A DNA stretch of 29,355 nt from a bacterium (GTDB taxonomy: Bacteria > SAR324 > NAC60-12), in contig CBDDTI010000047.1 of the NCBI GenBank assembly GCA_965233585.1, positions 1-29,355 on the forward strand, read 5' to 3'. The notes below the pieces were generated by a model that was not told the origin of the DNA, ran no database searches, and saw nothing but the letters and a program-made list of their open reading frames with translations. Below, one piece after another: positions 9,484 to 19,600 of this stretch. Position 1 is the first letter of the stretch. Every line of letters starts with the position of its first letter. The position numbers and the translations under genes were made by a program.

Positions 9484-10817
9484 CGTTGATTAATGGCGGT
9501 GTCGGTGGTTTAAATGTGGATTTCAATGAATTGCAGGGTGATAGTTTGAATGCGCATGCGACCCCCCTCGAAGACACGGATTTAATATCAGGTCGTACTG
9601 TGCTGTATAGTAGCGTGACTCCCGTCGAAGATTTAGAAGATGTTACGTTTTCAATTCCTTCCGACCCCGAATGCGCTTTTGTTTTAAATCAGACGAGGCT
9701 AGAGGGTTACTTTGTGGTAAAGACCGACAGCGGCGAGGGTGTAACAGACACTGACACGCCAACAATTACTAACCATTATTGCGCCGCATTATTCTCGCAA
9801 ATTGAAGTCCACCTTAACGGAACTCAAATATGTGATTTGAGTGCCCCTCTTTCTTATTCGTACAAACACCACATTGACTTTCTCCTGTCCTATAACAATA
9901 ATGTATTAACAAATGTGGGACGGTCCGAAGGCTTTTGCCGAACGCACCACGACAAATGCTTTGACAATATTACCACGACCGGTAAAATGTGCCAATGCAT
10001 CGCGGAGAATCGCGCGAAAATAATAAACGACAAAAAAGTTTATTTTAGCTCAACTTTGCCCGCAGATATTTTTTACACCGACAAATATTTACCTCCGAAT
10101 GTGGAAATCACTGTTGTATTACGCAGGTTCAACCCGTGTTTCGGGCTGCTTCAAGATAATCCGAACAAAGTCTATCGCATTCGTTTAAAGGAATTAAAAC
10201 TTCGCATGAGAAAAGTGTTACCGTGCGAGCGTGTGCGAAACAGGCTAAACGCCGAACTGCTAAAAGGTCGACCATTTTTTCTGCCTTTTAAAGACACGCA
10301 GATGAAGCATTATCTGATCCCGTCTGGTTCCCTTAGTTTCTCTGCAAATCACATCAACAATAGCGAGATGTTGCCGCAACAAATTATTTTCTGCATGCTT
10401 CGAAGCGACCTTTTTGCCAAGGGACCGAGCGATCAATTTCCCTTTAAATTTAAACACGCCGATTTAGCATCCGTCATTTTAAAAAACAATGGAAGACTTC
10501 TCATGCCTAGACCTATAGAATGCAAGATACTTACAGGCGATTATATGGAATTGTACGACCATTTTCAAAGCAACGTCGGCGGCAGAAATTGTATTTCACC
10601 CCAAGCTTTTACAGAGGGCCAGATGTTTCTCGCGTTCGACCTGACTCCGGATAAATGCCTATCCTTTCACAATCACGTCGGAGTGCCCGGAAATTTGGAA
10701 CTAGACTTGACTTTTAACACCCCCACCAGAACCCCCTTAACCCTGATTTCTTACGCTATTTATAATGCTGCCATTTCCATCGACAGCAACCTTCAGGTTA
10801 CCAAAATAAAATATTAA
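9477..10817 (+). CDS. Major capsid protein (double jelly-roll), paralog 1, 446 aa
   Basis: Polinton MCP motifs ALFSQIEVHLNG, DIFYTDKYLPPNVEI, LPQQIIFC, PFKFKH, FLAFDLTPD, GNLELDL.F. Confidence 0.9.
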   Translation: MSSLINGGVGGLNVDFNELQGDSLNAHATPLEDTDLISGRTVLYSSVTPVEDLEDVTFSIPSDPECAFVLNQTRLEGYFVVKTDSGEGVTDTDTPTITNHYCAALFSQIEVHLNGTQICDLSAPLSYSYKHHIDFLLSYNNNVLTNVGRSEGFCRTHHDKCFDNITTTGKMCQCIAENRAKIINDKKVYFSSTLPADIFYTDKYLPPNVEITVVLRRFNPCFGLLQDNPNKVYRIRLKELKLRMRKVLPCERVRNRLNAELLKGRPFFLPFKDTQMKHYLIPSGSLSFSANHINNSEMLPQQIIFCMLRSDLFAKGPSDQFPFKFKHADLASVILKNNGRLLMPRPIECKILTGDYMELYDHFQSNVGGRNCISPQAFTEGQMFLAFDLTPDKCLSFHNHVGVPGNLELDLTFNTPTRTPLTLISYAIYNAAISIDSNLQVTKIKY

Positions 10818-10886
10818 AATTGCACACCGCCGACTCCCTCTTTTTAAGAAGAACAGAAAACTACGGACTAGCATGCATTTTCGACA

Positions 10887-12221
10887 ATGACTGAAAAGGG
10901 TGGCATCGGAGGTCTAGGGTTCGAGCAGGACGATTTGACAGAACAAGCTCTTGATCTGCACGCGCCGCTCGGGGTCGATATAAGCCTTGAAAAAGGCAAT
11001 GATGTGGTCTACAACAGCGTTTCCAGCGTTTCAAACACCGGACCGATCGAATTCATCATCCCGCGAGACGAAGAGTGTTCCATCATTCTGGATCAGACTA
11101 GATTAATAGGGCATTTCGTTGTCAAGACAGCAAAGGATGAAAATGTCGGACCCGACGATCGAGTCTTTCTGGCCAATAATTTCGCGAGCAATCTATTTAG
11201 CGCGGTTGAAATCTACATTAACGGTACTCAAGTCTGCGACTTGAGCACGGCAAATTCCTACCCTTTCAAAAACTTTATCCAGACCGAGTTGTCGTTTGAT
11301 AGAGAGGCCAAACAGAGTCAGCTAAGAGCCGAAGGTTATTTTGAAGAAAAAGAAAACGATATTGGAGCTTGCGAGCCCGGTATAAATCAGCGTTTAATAC
11401 ACCGTCGAAATCTTATACTTCACGGCAAAAAAGTTTATTTCTGCTCTCGATTGGGGGCGGATATTATGTATACGGATAAGTATATGCCACCGAATGTCGA
11501 CATCAAGATTAAGCTTATTAGAAACAGTCCGACATTCGGTATTCTTCACGCCGAAGATGACAAATCTTTTAAAATCGTTTTAAAGGATTTAAAGTTGAAA
11601 ATGAGAAAAGTTTTGCCGGTCGAGCAGCAGAGAAAGCATTTTAGGATGAAAATGTCTCAACAGCCCTGCTATATACCCTTTAAGCTGAGTCAGTTGAAGG
11701 TTTTTGTGATTCCAGCCGGCGTCACATCGTACACCGTTACCAATATTGCCTCACAAATACTGCCCAAACAAGTTATTTTCACCCTAATTCACAACCAAGC
11801 CTTGACGCACGATAGCAAATTCAACCCGTTCGACTTTCAACACTTTGATCTTAATTATTTCAATCTTATTAAAAACGGACAATGCGTCTTCCCAAAAGCT
11901 TTTCAGCCGGATTTTGATGATGATAACTACATGGACCTGTACAGACACATGTACGACAGCACGGGTTTCGGCATTTCAAATAGTTCTTGCGACATTTCGC
12001 CCGCGGTTTTTAAGAGAGGAAGATGTTTTCTAACTGCCGATTTGACCCCCGATCGCTGCAACAGTTTTCACATTCACCCCGACGAAAAAGGCAAGTTGGA
12101 CTTGGAATTAGGCTTTAAAACAGCCAAGCCTCACCCCATCTACCTGCTAGCCTACAGCATTTTTAATTCCGGAATTAAAATAGAGGAGAACGGCCAAGTT
12201 GTTAGGGCCGAAGAGCGATAA
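10887..12221 (+). CDS. Major capsid protein (double jelly-roll), paralog 2, 444 aa
   Basis: GPIEFIIP, NLFSAVEIYING, YPFKNFIQTEL, DKYMPPNVDIKIKL.R, NPFDFQHF, DLTPD; colinear with paralog 1. Confidence 0.9.
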   Translation: MTEKGGIGGLGFEQDDLTEQALDLHAPLGVDISLEKGNDVVYNSVSSVSNTGPIEFIIPRDEECSIILDQTRLIGHFVVKTAKDENVGPDDRVFLANNFASNLFSAVEIYINGTQVCDLSTANSYPFKNFIQTELSFDREAKQSQLRAEGYFEEKENDIGACEPGINQRLIHRRNLILHGKKVYFCSRLGADIMYTDKYMPPNVDIKIKLIRNSPTFGILHAEDDKSFKIVLKDLKLKMRKVLPVEQQRKHFRMKMSQQPCYIPFKLSQLKVFVIPAGVTSYTVTNIASQILPKQVIFTLIHNQALTHDSKFNPFDFQHFDLNYFNLIKNGQCVFPKAFQPDFDDDNYMDLYRHMYDSTGFGISNSSCDISPAVFKRGRCFLTADLTPDRCNSFHIHPDEKGKLDLELGFKTAKPHPIYLLAYSIFNSGIKIEENGQVVRAEER

Positions 12222-12706
12222 TGGCCGGTTTGAGCAACGTATTTCTAGATCGGTTTTTATCCCCACTTTGCAAGAATTTCATCGGCACCTTTGCAGTCGA
12301 CACGTTACCCTCAAACTTGTGGAACACCAGCTGTTGCGCCATCGTCAATCTTTCGGTTTCAAGCCATCCCGGCAGTCATTTCATCGCCTTTTTTATTAAT
12401 AAGCAAAACTATTTGTATTATTTCGACAGCTATGCACTACCCGTGCCCGCCTATAATCACCACCTCATCCATTTTTTGAAAAAATGGGAAAATTGCGGCA
12501 GAATAAGACATGTCCTGGACCGATCGATTCAAGCTTTCGATTCATTGTTTTGCGGGTGGTATGCTGCCGCATTCTGCATGTTTGTCAATGCATACGCAAA
12601 CGTGAATCCGCGGCACTTTTGCACTTTTTTTAATCCCTTTAATTTACGCGAAAATGAAAAACGCGTCAAACATTTAGTTAATTGTTTGCAAGTCAAGCTT
12701 TATTAG
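12221..12706 (+). CDS. Adenain-like cysteine (maturation) protease, 161 aa
   Basis: FIGTFAVD.LP, IVN....HPGSHFIA (His), YYFDSY (Asp), IQ...S.FCG.Y (Gln, Cys); TAATG overlap with MCP2; AATAAA at 12738. Confidence 0.92.
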   Translation: MAGLSNVFLDRFLSPLCKNFIGTFAVDTLPSNLWNTSCCAIVNLSVSSHPGSHFIAFFINKQNYLYYFDSYALPVPAYNHHLIHFLKKWENCGRIRHVLDRSIQAFDSLFCGWYAAAFCMFVNAYANVNPRHFCTFFNPFNLRENEKRVKHLVNCLQVKLY

Positions 12707-12829
12707 AATATACAGAATTGCCTATAATGTTTTAGTTAATAAAAAGCCGCAAATCTGATTTCTGTTCTGCAGCAAAGCTGCAGTCGCCGCCGTTGCCGCG
12801 GCTGTTGCCGCGGTTGCACACACGCATCT

Positions 12830-14046
12830 TCACTTGCCGCCGAGTTTGGCATTGATGGGGAAATCCAGACCTTGACACAGCTCCACCATACCCTCGGTAA
12901 ATTCATCCAACTTGTGCAGAGGAAAATTCATCCTAATTATCTTGGTGCTGTGGCTTTTGTTGTTGTCGTTATACTGCGGGAAAAAAAGATTTTTTTACGC
13001 ATTTTTCCGCTCAATTTTTTTCTATTTACATTTTTATTTCGCCTTACCTGCTCTTTAGAGACGTAAAATACCGGCCACACGCTAAGGCCCGCAGCACGCT
13101 GGATATGCCTAACGCCGCTAACTCCAATTACCATCCTAGGGTTGGATGCAATCACTTTGCTCATTGGGGCAAAAGGCAAGCTCACCGATCGCGATGACAC
13201 CTCCTTGTTTTTAAAAGCCTCAATAAACTTTTTCATGGTGGCTGGATTAGGGTAGATGTACTGTTGAGCAAAACAGCGCAGAAAAGTTTTTTAAATTAAA
13301 AATACGCTGAGCTGATTCTGAACTGTTTTACTCACCCCGTCGTCTCCAATAAAATATTGTTCGCGATGGCTGTGGCTTTCAAGCCACTTGGAAAAGTTTA
13401 CCTCCGCGGTTTTTACGCGCTCGTTAACATCCCATTTGCAGGGTCGAAACAACTCCTCTTGCTTTTTCCTTGTCAAATTAATCCCATCCACCTTGGACGA
13501 AACCGGCTCCGGCTCAACATAATTTTTCCTCTTTGAATCGGGTAATTTCTTTTTGCCTGAATCGGACCTTGGTCTTTTTTTCGCGCAAAACGGCTTTCCT
13601 TGATCCTCCATCTCCGGTTCTTCAATATCAGTCGGAGCATCGTCATCATCTTCGTCATCATTGTCATCCTCGTTATCATCTTGGGCAGCATCAGACTCAA
13701 CATCGTTATCATCGTTATCAGAGCCGTCTTGCATGTTCTCTGAGCCGGATTCTTCAGACTCGTCATCGCTTGAATTCTCGTTGTCTCTCATGTCCTCATC
13801 CTTCTCCATGTCTGAGTCGGAATCTTCTAATTGCTTATGTCCTTTGTTCGCAGATGACGAACGGGATTTGGCAAGTTTACTACTTTTTTGCTCTTTGGTG
13901 TAAACTTTTGACGTTTTTTCAACGTGGCTTTTTTCGAACGGTGTCTTTTTCGCGACCTTTTTATGCGCAGACTTCCCTTTTTTTTTGTACAAGATCGTCT
14001 TGCTGCCTTTGCCATTGCTTTCAGATGATGTAGCCGGTTTACCCAT
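12830..14046 (-). CDS. Predicted three-exon gene (14046-13306, 13260-13048, 12973-12830), ~365 aa; basic, then acidic, then globular domain
   Basis: Phase-0 introns GTATTT..CAACAG (13305-13261, 45 bp) and GTAAGG..CCGCAG (13047-12974, 74 bp) join the 251-aa ORF, the 99-aa ORF and a further 47-aa frame. Confidence 0.65.
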
Positions 14047-14127
14047 GACGCGACCGATGTTTTATCTTAGGTGTGGATGTGAAGCCAGTCAAAATATTAT
14101 TGGTGTTTCACCAAAAGCGCAAATTGG

Positions 14128-14248
14128 CTTTTATACTATTTTGACTTGTATAATGGCAAATGCTAGAATATTCTCGATGAAATTGTGGTCAACTTTTAAC
14201 CCATTTTAAGGCAAAAAAAGTTCTAGAAGAAACTAGAAAAATCTAAAA
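14128..14248 (-). promoter_or_regulatory. TATA promoter with HSE-like arrays for the 14046 gene
   Basis: TATAAAAG on minus strand (14135-14128); CtaGAAtaTTCtcG (14163-14176) fits CnnGAAnnTTCnnG; TTCtaGAAgaAACtaGAA at 14221-14238. Confidence 0.55.
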
Positions 14249-15032
14249 GCAATTATTTTCATAAAGGTTTGAAAAAAAATTTAAAAATGCTCATTTCTAT
14301 TTTTTTGTCGGTAAAATGACCTAAAATTAGGGCATCTTTTGTAAAATGGAGAATTTTTTCCCCTTTTTAGATGCTGCTCCTTGGCACGTGCTTTTTTTTT
14401 CTCACTTGAGCTAATGGTTTTTCTGCTTAATGGTTTTCAACGCTAATTTTCCTTCCAGAAAATTGTCATTCTTTATTTCTTTGACCGCAAAAAAGGGTGC
14501 AAAGACCCGATTGTTAACCTTTTAATAATTAATCTTTTTTCCTTTTGCTGATTTATTTTAATGGGTGTGCTGCTAAAAAAAATTGGCTGTTGTTTAAAAG
14601 AAAAAACAATTTTTAGCAAACACACTGTCACATATCTTGTCATTAATTTGCTCCAATTTCGGCGCTTTTGCTTTAAGCCTTAATGCATGTGCGGAAAAAT
14701 GAACAAAAATAAAGGAAAATTGCACGGAAAACACAATCTGACGTCAGGTTGCGGGGATAAAAGGATTTACAAGAAAGGTTAAAATTTTCTCCAAAATTAA
14801 TTATCTTTTCAAAAAACCAGGTTTAATTTTTGCGCCTTTTTCTACTATTAAAAAGTTTACATGAATGACCCTTTTTGAGATAAGGAGTCATTCCAAAATC
14901 TAAACTGAAACCGAAAAGATCCTGGTTTTATCTTTTAGACACTTGAAAAAATCGTAAGTAGACAAAAAAGTCTTTACAATTTTAAAACATTGAATTTTTT
15001 TGAAAAAATATTTTTAAACATAAAGTTGGTTT

Positions 15033-15135
15033 AAGTCTAAAAATTTTTTACACAAATTGAGCTTACGCAAAAAAAAATTTAACAACTGCTCAAAGTCTTA
15101 AAATTTTTTACCCAAAATTGAGCTTACGCAAAAAA
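15033..15135 (+). repeat. ~42-bp direct repeat upstream of ORF 15173
   Basis: AAGTCT(A/T)AAAATTTTTTAC..AAATTGAGCTTACGCAAAAAA at 15033 and 15093. Confidence 0.8.
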
Positions 15136-15172
15136 TCTTAAACCTGATTTCAATCACCCTGCTTTCTAGACA

Positions 15173-15943
15173 ATGCCGAAAAATAGGGAATCAAGATTGA
15201 TTGGTTTTAAGAGGTGTGGGCCTTTCCAAATAAAACTGGGAAGAAGGACACCTGTGGAACAAGTCTCGGTCGAGCTCACGTCCGCATCTTCCACCGTCGC
15301 GCTGCCTTCGAATTCACCGCCCGCTTCCCTTTCCACTTCCTTTATACGAATTAGAACTGAGCCCCTTTTAACCTCGACACCAAACACCTCGTTCAGACCG
15401 GTGTGTTACAGCCCTCCGCCTTCCCCATCGCCCGTGGCATCACCGGTCTATTCAATGCCGGCTCCCTATCGTCCGCTTCAACCTGGTTTGTTCTTACCGG
15501 GCCCCCCAACTCCGGCTCCACCGAGACTACCAATTATGTCTCCAACGGCTGTGCCCCTCCCACAATCCCCAATGTTGTGTGACATGAGGGCTTTGCGGGC
15601 TCAGCTAAGGCCGATCCGTCCGGCACCGATAACAACTCCGCTTCTAGCTGCACCGCCGCGACTCGTCATCCCCGAACCGCAAAGGGTGGTAAGATTACCG
15701 CGCGTGTCGGTAAATGGAGGGGTCATAAGTGAGGGGCTCGACTTGAGGGTAAACCGCCCCTGTCCGGATCCGCAGGTTTTTACGGAAAAATTAAAAAAAA
15801 TTTTAAGTAAGGTGTCCCCTTTGCTCGTATTTTACGAGTCACAAGGGGAAAATTTATTTTTAAACCCGTCCATTCGCGAATTATATAAAAAAAATTTAAC
15901 TGAAGTGCAGGAATTTGTAGAGAGTGCAAATAATTTATTGTAA
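15173..15943 (+). CDS. Proline-rich hypothetical protein, 256 aa (possibly extended by a short last exon 16010-16055)
   Basis: GC-rich ORF within an AT-rich context; helical C-terminus; candidate intron GTAAAT..TTTTCAG 15940-16009. Confidence 0.7.
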   Translation: MPKNRESRLIGFKRCGPFQIKLGRRTPVEQVSVELTSASSTVALPSNSPPASLSTSFIRIRTEPLLTSTPNTSFRPVCYSPPPSPSPVASPVYSMPAPYRPLQPGLFLPGPPTPAPPRLPIMSPTAVPLPQSPMLCDMRALRAQLRPIRPAPITTPLLAAPPRLVIPEPQRVVRLPRVSVNGGVISEGLDLRVNRPCPDPQVFTEKLKKILSKVSPLLVFYESQGENLFLNPSIRELYKKNLTEVQEFVESANNLL

Positions 15944-16038
15944 ATATAACAATTGTTTATGTGTGTATATATAAAGATTAGAAGATACAACATTTTTTTC
16001 CTTTTTCAGAAAAAGTTTAAAAGCGAGAGAAAAAAAGA

Positions 16039-16674
16039 ATGACGCACAAGTGTGAAACGTGTCACATATCGTTTTCCAGAAAGAGTCGTCTTGCCAATCA
16101 TTTAAAATTAAAACACAGAAATCAAGCAAATCATAATGGCCGCGACAAGTTGAGAAAGTGCCCGTTTTGTGAACTTAAATACAGTGATAAGAACGAGTTA
16201 TCGTCTCACGTAGATTCGAATCACGCGGAATCAAGGGTATTTTCTAAAAGGCAAGGAGCCATTGGCGACAAAGTTTGCATTTTCCAACAAGAACTGACTC
16301 ACCTAAAAAGCTCTTTGCAAGATTATTGCAACTCTAAGCAAACGATCGAAAATGTGTTTAATCTCGTAAAAAGTCAATTTACACATCGGGTGGTTTGTCG
16401 AATAAGTATAACAATCACGGCAGATTACGAGATACAGGGTTTAGATGAAGAAAGTCAGGGAAAAAGCGTCGACATCGATTCTTTTACGTTACGGTCAAAA
16501 GGCGTCGCGGTCAACAAATATCAAAGCGATGAGCAGATTCGAGATAGGATAAAGTCACTTTTGGCTGGATCGGTGGAGAGGGAAGACGATTTGTTAACTA
16601 GAGGTTCAGGTTGGCGATTTGCTCAACTTCAAAGTTGCAGCGTTTTAATCTATGACTGTAGCAGTATTTTTTAA
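16039..16674 (+). CDS. Two C2H2 Zn fingers plus the N-terminal segment normally fused to Polinton pPolB, 211 aa
   Basis: CETC..F.....LANHLKLKH and CPFC........LSSHVDSNH; ends with RGSGWRF, the GSGW motif of Polinton/adintovirus pPolB N-termini. Confidence 0.8.
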   Translation: MTHKCETCHISFSRKSRLANHLKLKHRNQANHNGRDKLRKCPFCELKYSDKNELSSHVDSNHAESRVFSKRQGAIGDKVCIFQQELTHLKSSLQDYCNSKQTIENVFNLVKSQFTHRVVCRISITITADYEIQGLDEESQGKSVDIDSFTLRSKGVAVNKYQSDEQIRDRIKSLLAGSVEREDDLLTRGSGWRFAQLQSCSVLIYDCSSIF

Positions 16675-16676
16675 AA

Positions 16677-19600
16677 ATGAACAGCGACTCTGTAAACGTG
16701 CCCGAGTATTTATTAAAGTGTCGAAGTGTTTTATGGAACAGAAAATACGATGAAAAGAATTTTCTATATTGTGTCATAGGACATCTTTGGCCGGAAACGG
16801 CAAACATTAGACGATGCGAAAAAATTCCCAAGGAGTATGAAAGTAAATTTAACTTGCAGGGTTTAACCTTTCCCCTGCAGTTTAGCCAGATTAGCAAGTT
16901 TGTTCGAATGAACAAGCACCTACCGTTACGTATAAGAGTTCTTTTAGAAGGTGAACATCAACTGAGTGTTTTAGACGTTTTCTCCAATAGATCTGGCGAG
17001 AAAAATAAGAACAAAAATACGCTAAATTTGCTAATGATTAAAAGTGATTGTCAAATTTCATCGGCCAATAAAGACAGCATTGACGTAAATGGCATTTCCA
17101 ACGTAAAAGACCTTGAGCATCAGCACCATTTTTTCACTATTGCTAATTTAAATGGCTTTCTGAACAACCGAAAATCTGCTATGACCAAAGGAAGACGGCA
17201 TAGAAGTCAGTTTTATTTTTGTGACAGCTGTTTAAGAGATTTTCGTTCGCGCAAGAAACAAAAATTACACGAAAAAATCTGTCAAATGGATAAACAAGCG
17301 GTGATTTATCCGGAAAAGGGCAGTGTCTTGAATTTTGATAAGCAAAGAAATGCTTTTAAAGCACCTGTAGTGGGATTTGCTGATTTTGAGTGTTTTATGG
17401 AAAAATCAGAGCAAGAAGCAAAAACATGTAAAACATGCGGAAAAGCGTGGGTGACATGCGAATGTCAAGTGTCGGGATGCGCTGAGCTAAGTAAACATCG
17501 AGCTTGCGGCTATTCAATTTGTTTTGTCGATTCGGAAAACGAAGTATTTTATCAAGAAACGTACAGTGGAAAAGACGCTGTGGAAAATTTTCTATCAAAG
17601 CTGGATTACTTCGAAGAATTAGTGGAAGCGCGAAAGCAACGGTTCAAGAACACATCTCAAATTATAGCGAGCAAACATGATTGGGAAGAGTACCACGCCG
17701 CCACGCTATGCCATATTTGCAAAAAAGAATTTGATTCAGGCTCGCGATTATATAAAAAAGTGGTTGATCATGATCACGTCACCGGAAACATTGTTCAAGC
17801 GGCGCATTCTATTTGCAATCTGCAACGACAGGGCCCATTTAGAACACCTATATACTTTCACAACGCCAAGGGGTAAGTACAGACTTTTTTTTAATATTTA
17901 TAATCCTTGACTTGAGGGAAAGTCATTTTAAATTTTTTAATTTTTAGATATGACATAAATCTACTAGTAGAAAAATTGGACAAAGAGGCTAATCTGATGG
18001 CGAGTAACCAAGAAAAGTTTAGGACAATCACTATTGGAAAATTTCAAATTAGGGATTCTCTAGAGCACGTGCCATCCAGTCTTGATGCGCTCATGACCGA
18101 TTTATGCAAGGATGAGACGTTTACCTTTCCGATTCTCAAACAATTCGAGCCTTACAAGAGGCTGTGGACGCGACAAAAGGCGAAAGGTTTAAAATTATTG
18201 AAAAGAAAAGGAGTATATCCGTATGAATACTTTTCATCTTATGAGTCGATTAAAAACAGTCAATTTCCGCCAAAAGACGCTTTCTACTCGAGATTGAGCG
18301 AAGCCCACATCTCAACCGAAGATCATAAGCACGGCTATGAAGTGTTCAAGTTTTTTAATTGTAAAAATATGGACGACTACATGAAGTTATATTGCGGACT
18401 GGACGTGATTTTGCTGGCTGAGATTTTTGTAAAGTATCGAGAAATGGTGATGAAGCACTTTGAGTTGGATCCCATCTACTATTTAGGTATACCTGGCTTG
18501 TCATTTGACATCATGCTTAAAATGTTTCAAAATGAAGAAAGAAAAGACGAAGAAGAGATTAGTCCTGATTTTATGTCGAAACCACCGGGCTCATTGGACT
18601 TGTTTCACGATCCGGCAATGGAACAGTTTTTTACACGCGGCATTAGAGGAGGGCAGAGTTTTATAGCTACCAGACAAGCGACGGGTCAGGCCGATCCTAA
18701 AGCGAGCGGCGAGCATTTACTATATGTAGATGGTAATATTTTTTATTAAACGTCAAAGAAAAAAAGATTGATTAAAATTACGATACATTTTCAGCTAACA
18801 ATCTTTACGGCAGCATGGAAACACGCATGCTGCCGGTGGGTAGTTTTAAGTGGGTGCCAAAAAAGGAGATAAAAACATGGACGGACAAGGACATTTTGAA
18901 TTTGCCTTCGCAAAGCAGGATTGGCTATGCTTTTGAAGTGGATTTGCACTATCCAAAAAAATATCATAAGGTAAATAATTGTTTTTGCTAAACACCAACT
19001 GCTAGAAAAATTTTTTTTATTTATTTTGCAGAGAGATGATCAATTTCCTTTGGCTCCTTACACTGACACAATAAACTTTGATGATCTGTCACCGTTTAAC
19101 AAACAACTTTTGAAGAAGCACTGTCCGGCTGATTACAAAAACAAACGTTACAGTTCGCGAAAGCTTCTTGCCACATTCTACCCGCGACGTAAATATGTCG
19201 TCTTGTTAGATAATCTAAAGTATTATTTGAGGCGAGGGCTGAAGCTTACAAAAATCAGACGAGCGGTCAAGTTTGAGCAAAAAGACTTTTTAAAAAACTT
19301 TATCACAAAAATTACAAAATTAAGGTCGGAGGCAAAAACTGATTTTGAATTACGTCTCTTCAAGTTGTTTGCCAATTCCACATTTGGCAAATTTATAGGT
19401 AAAATAAAGTAATGGCTCCCTTTTTTCACAATAAAATGTTTAATTTTTTTCAGAGAACGCGCGAAACTACATCGAAATCGTGTTGTGCCACAATGAAAAG
19501 AAGCTGAGAAAGACTTGCATGGGTCAGCATGTTTCGAATTTGAAAGTCATAAACGAAAACCTTGTGGCTGTCATGAAAAAACCGGCCGTTATTGAAATGA

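Noticed and set aside
13473..14209. Alternative-frame and antisense ORFs here and at 5524, 6929, 7819, 10260, 11845, 12199, 17395, 20339, 21542
   Set aside because: Shadows of well-supported genes or low-complexity sequence; no motifs.
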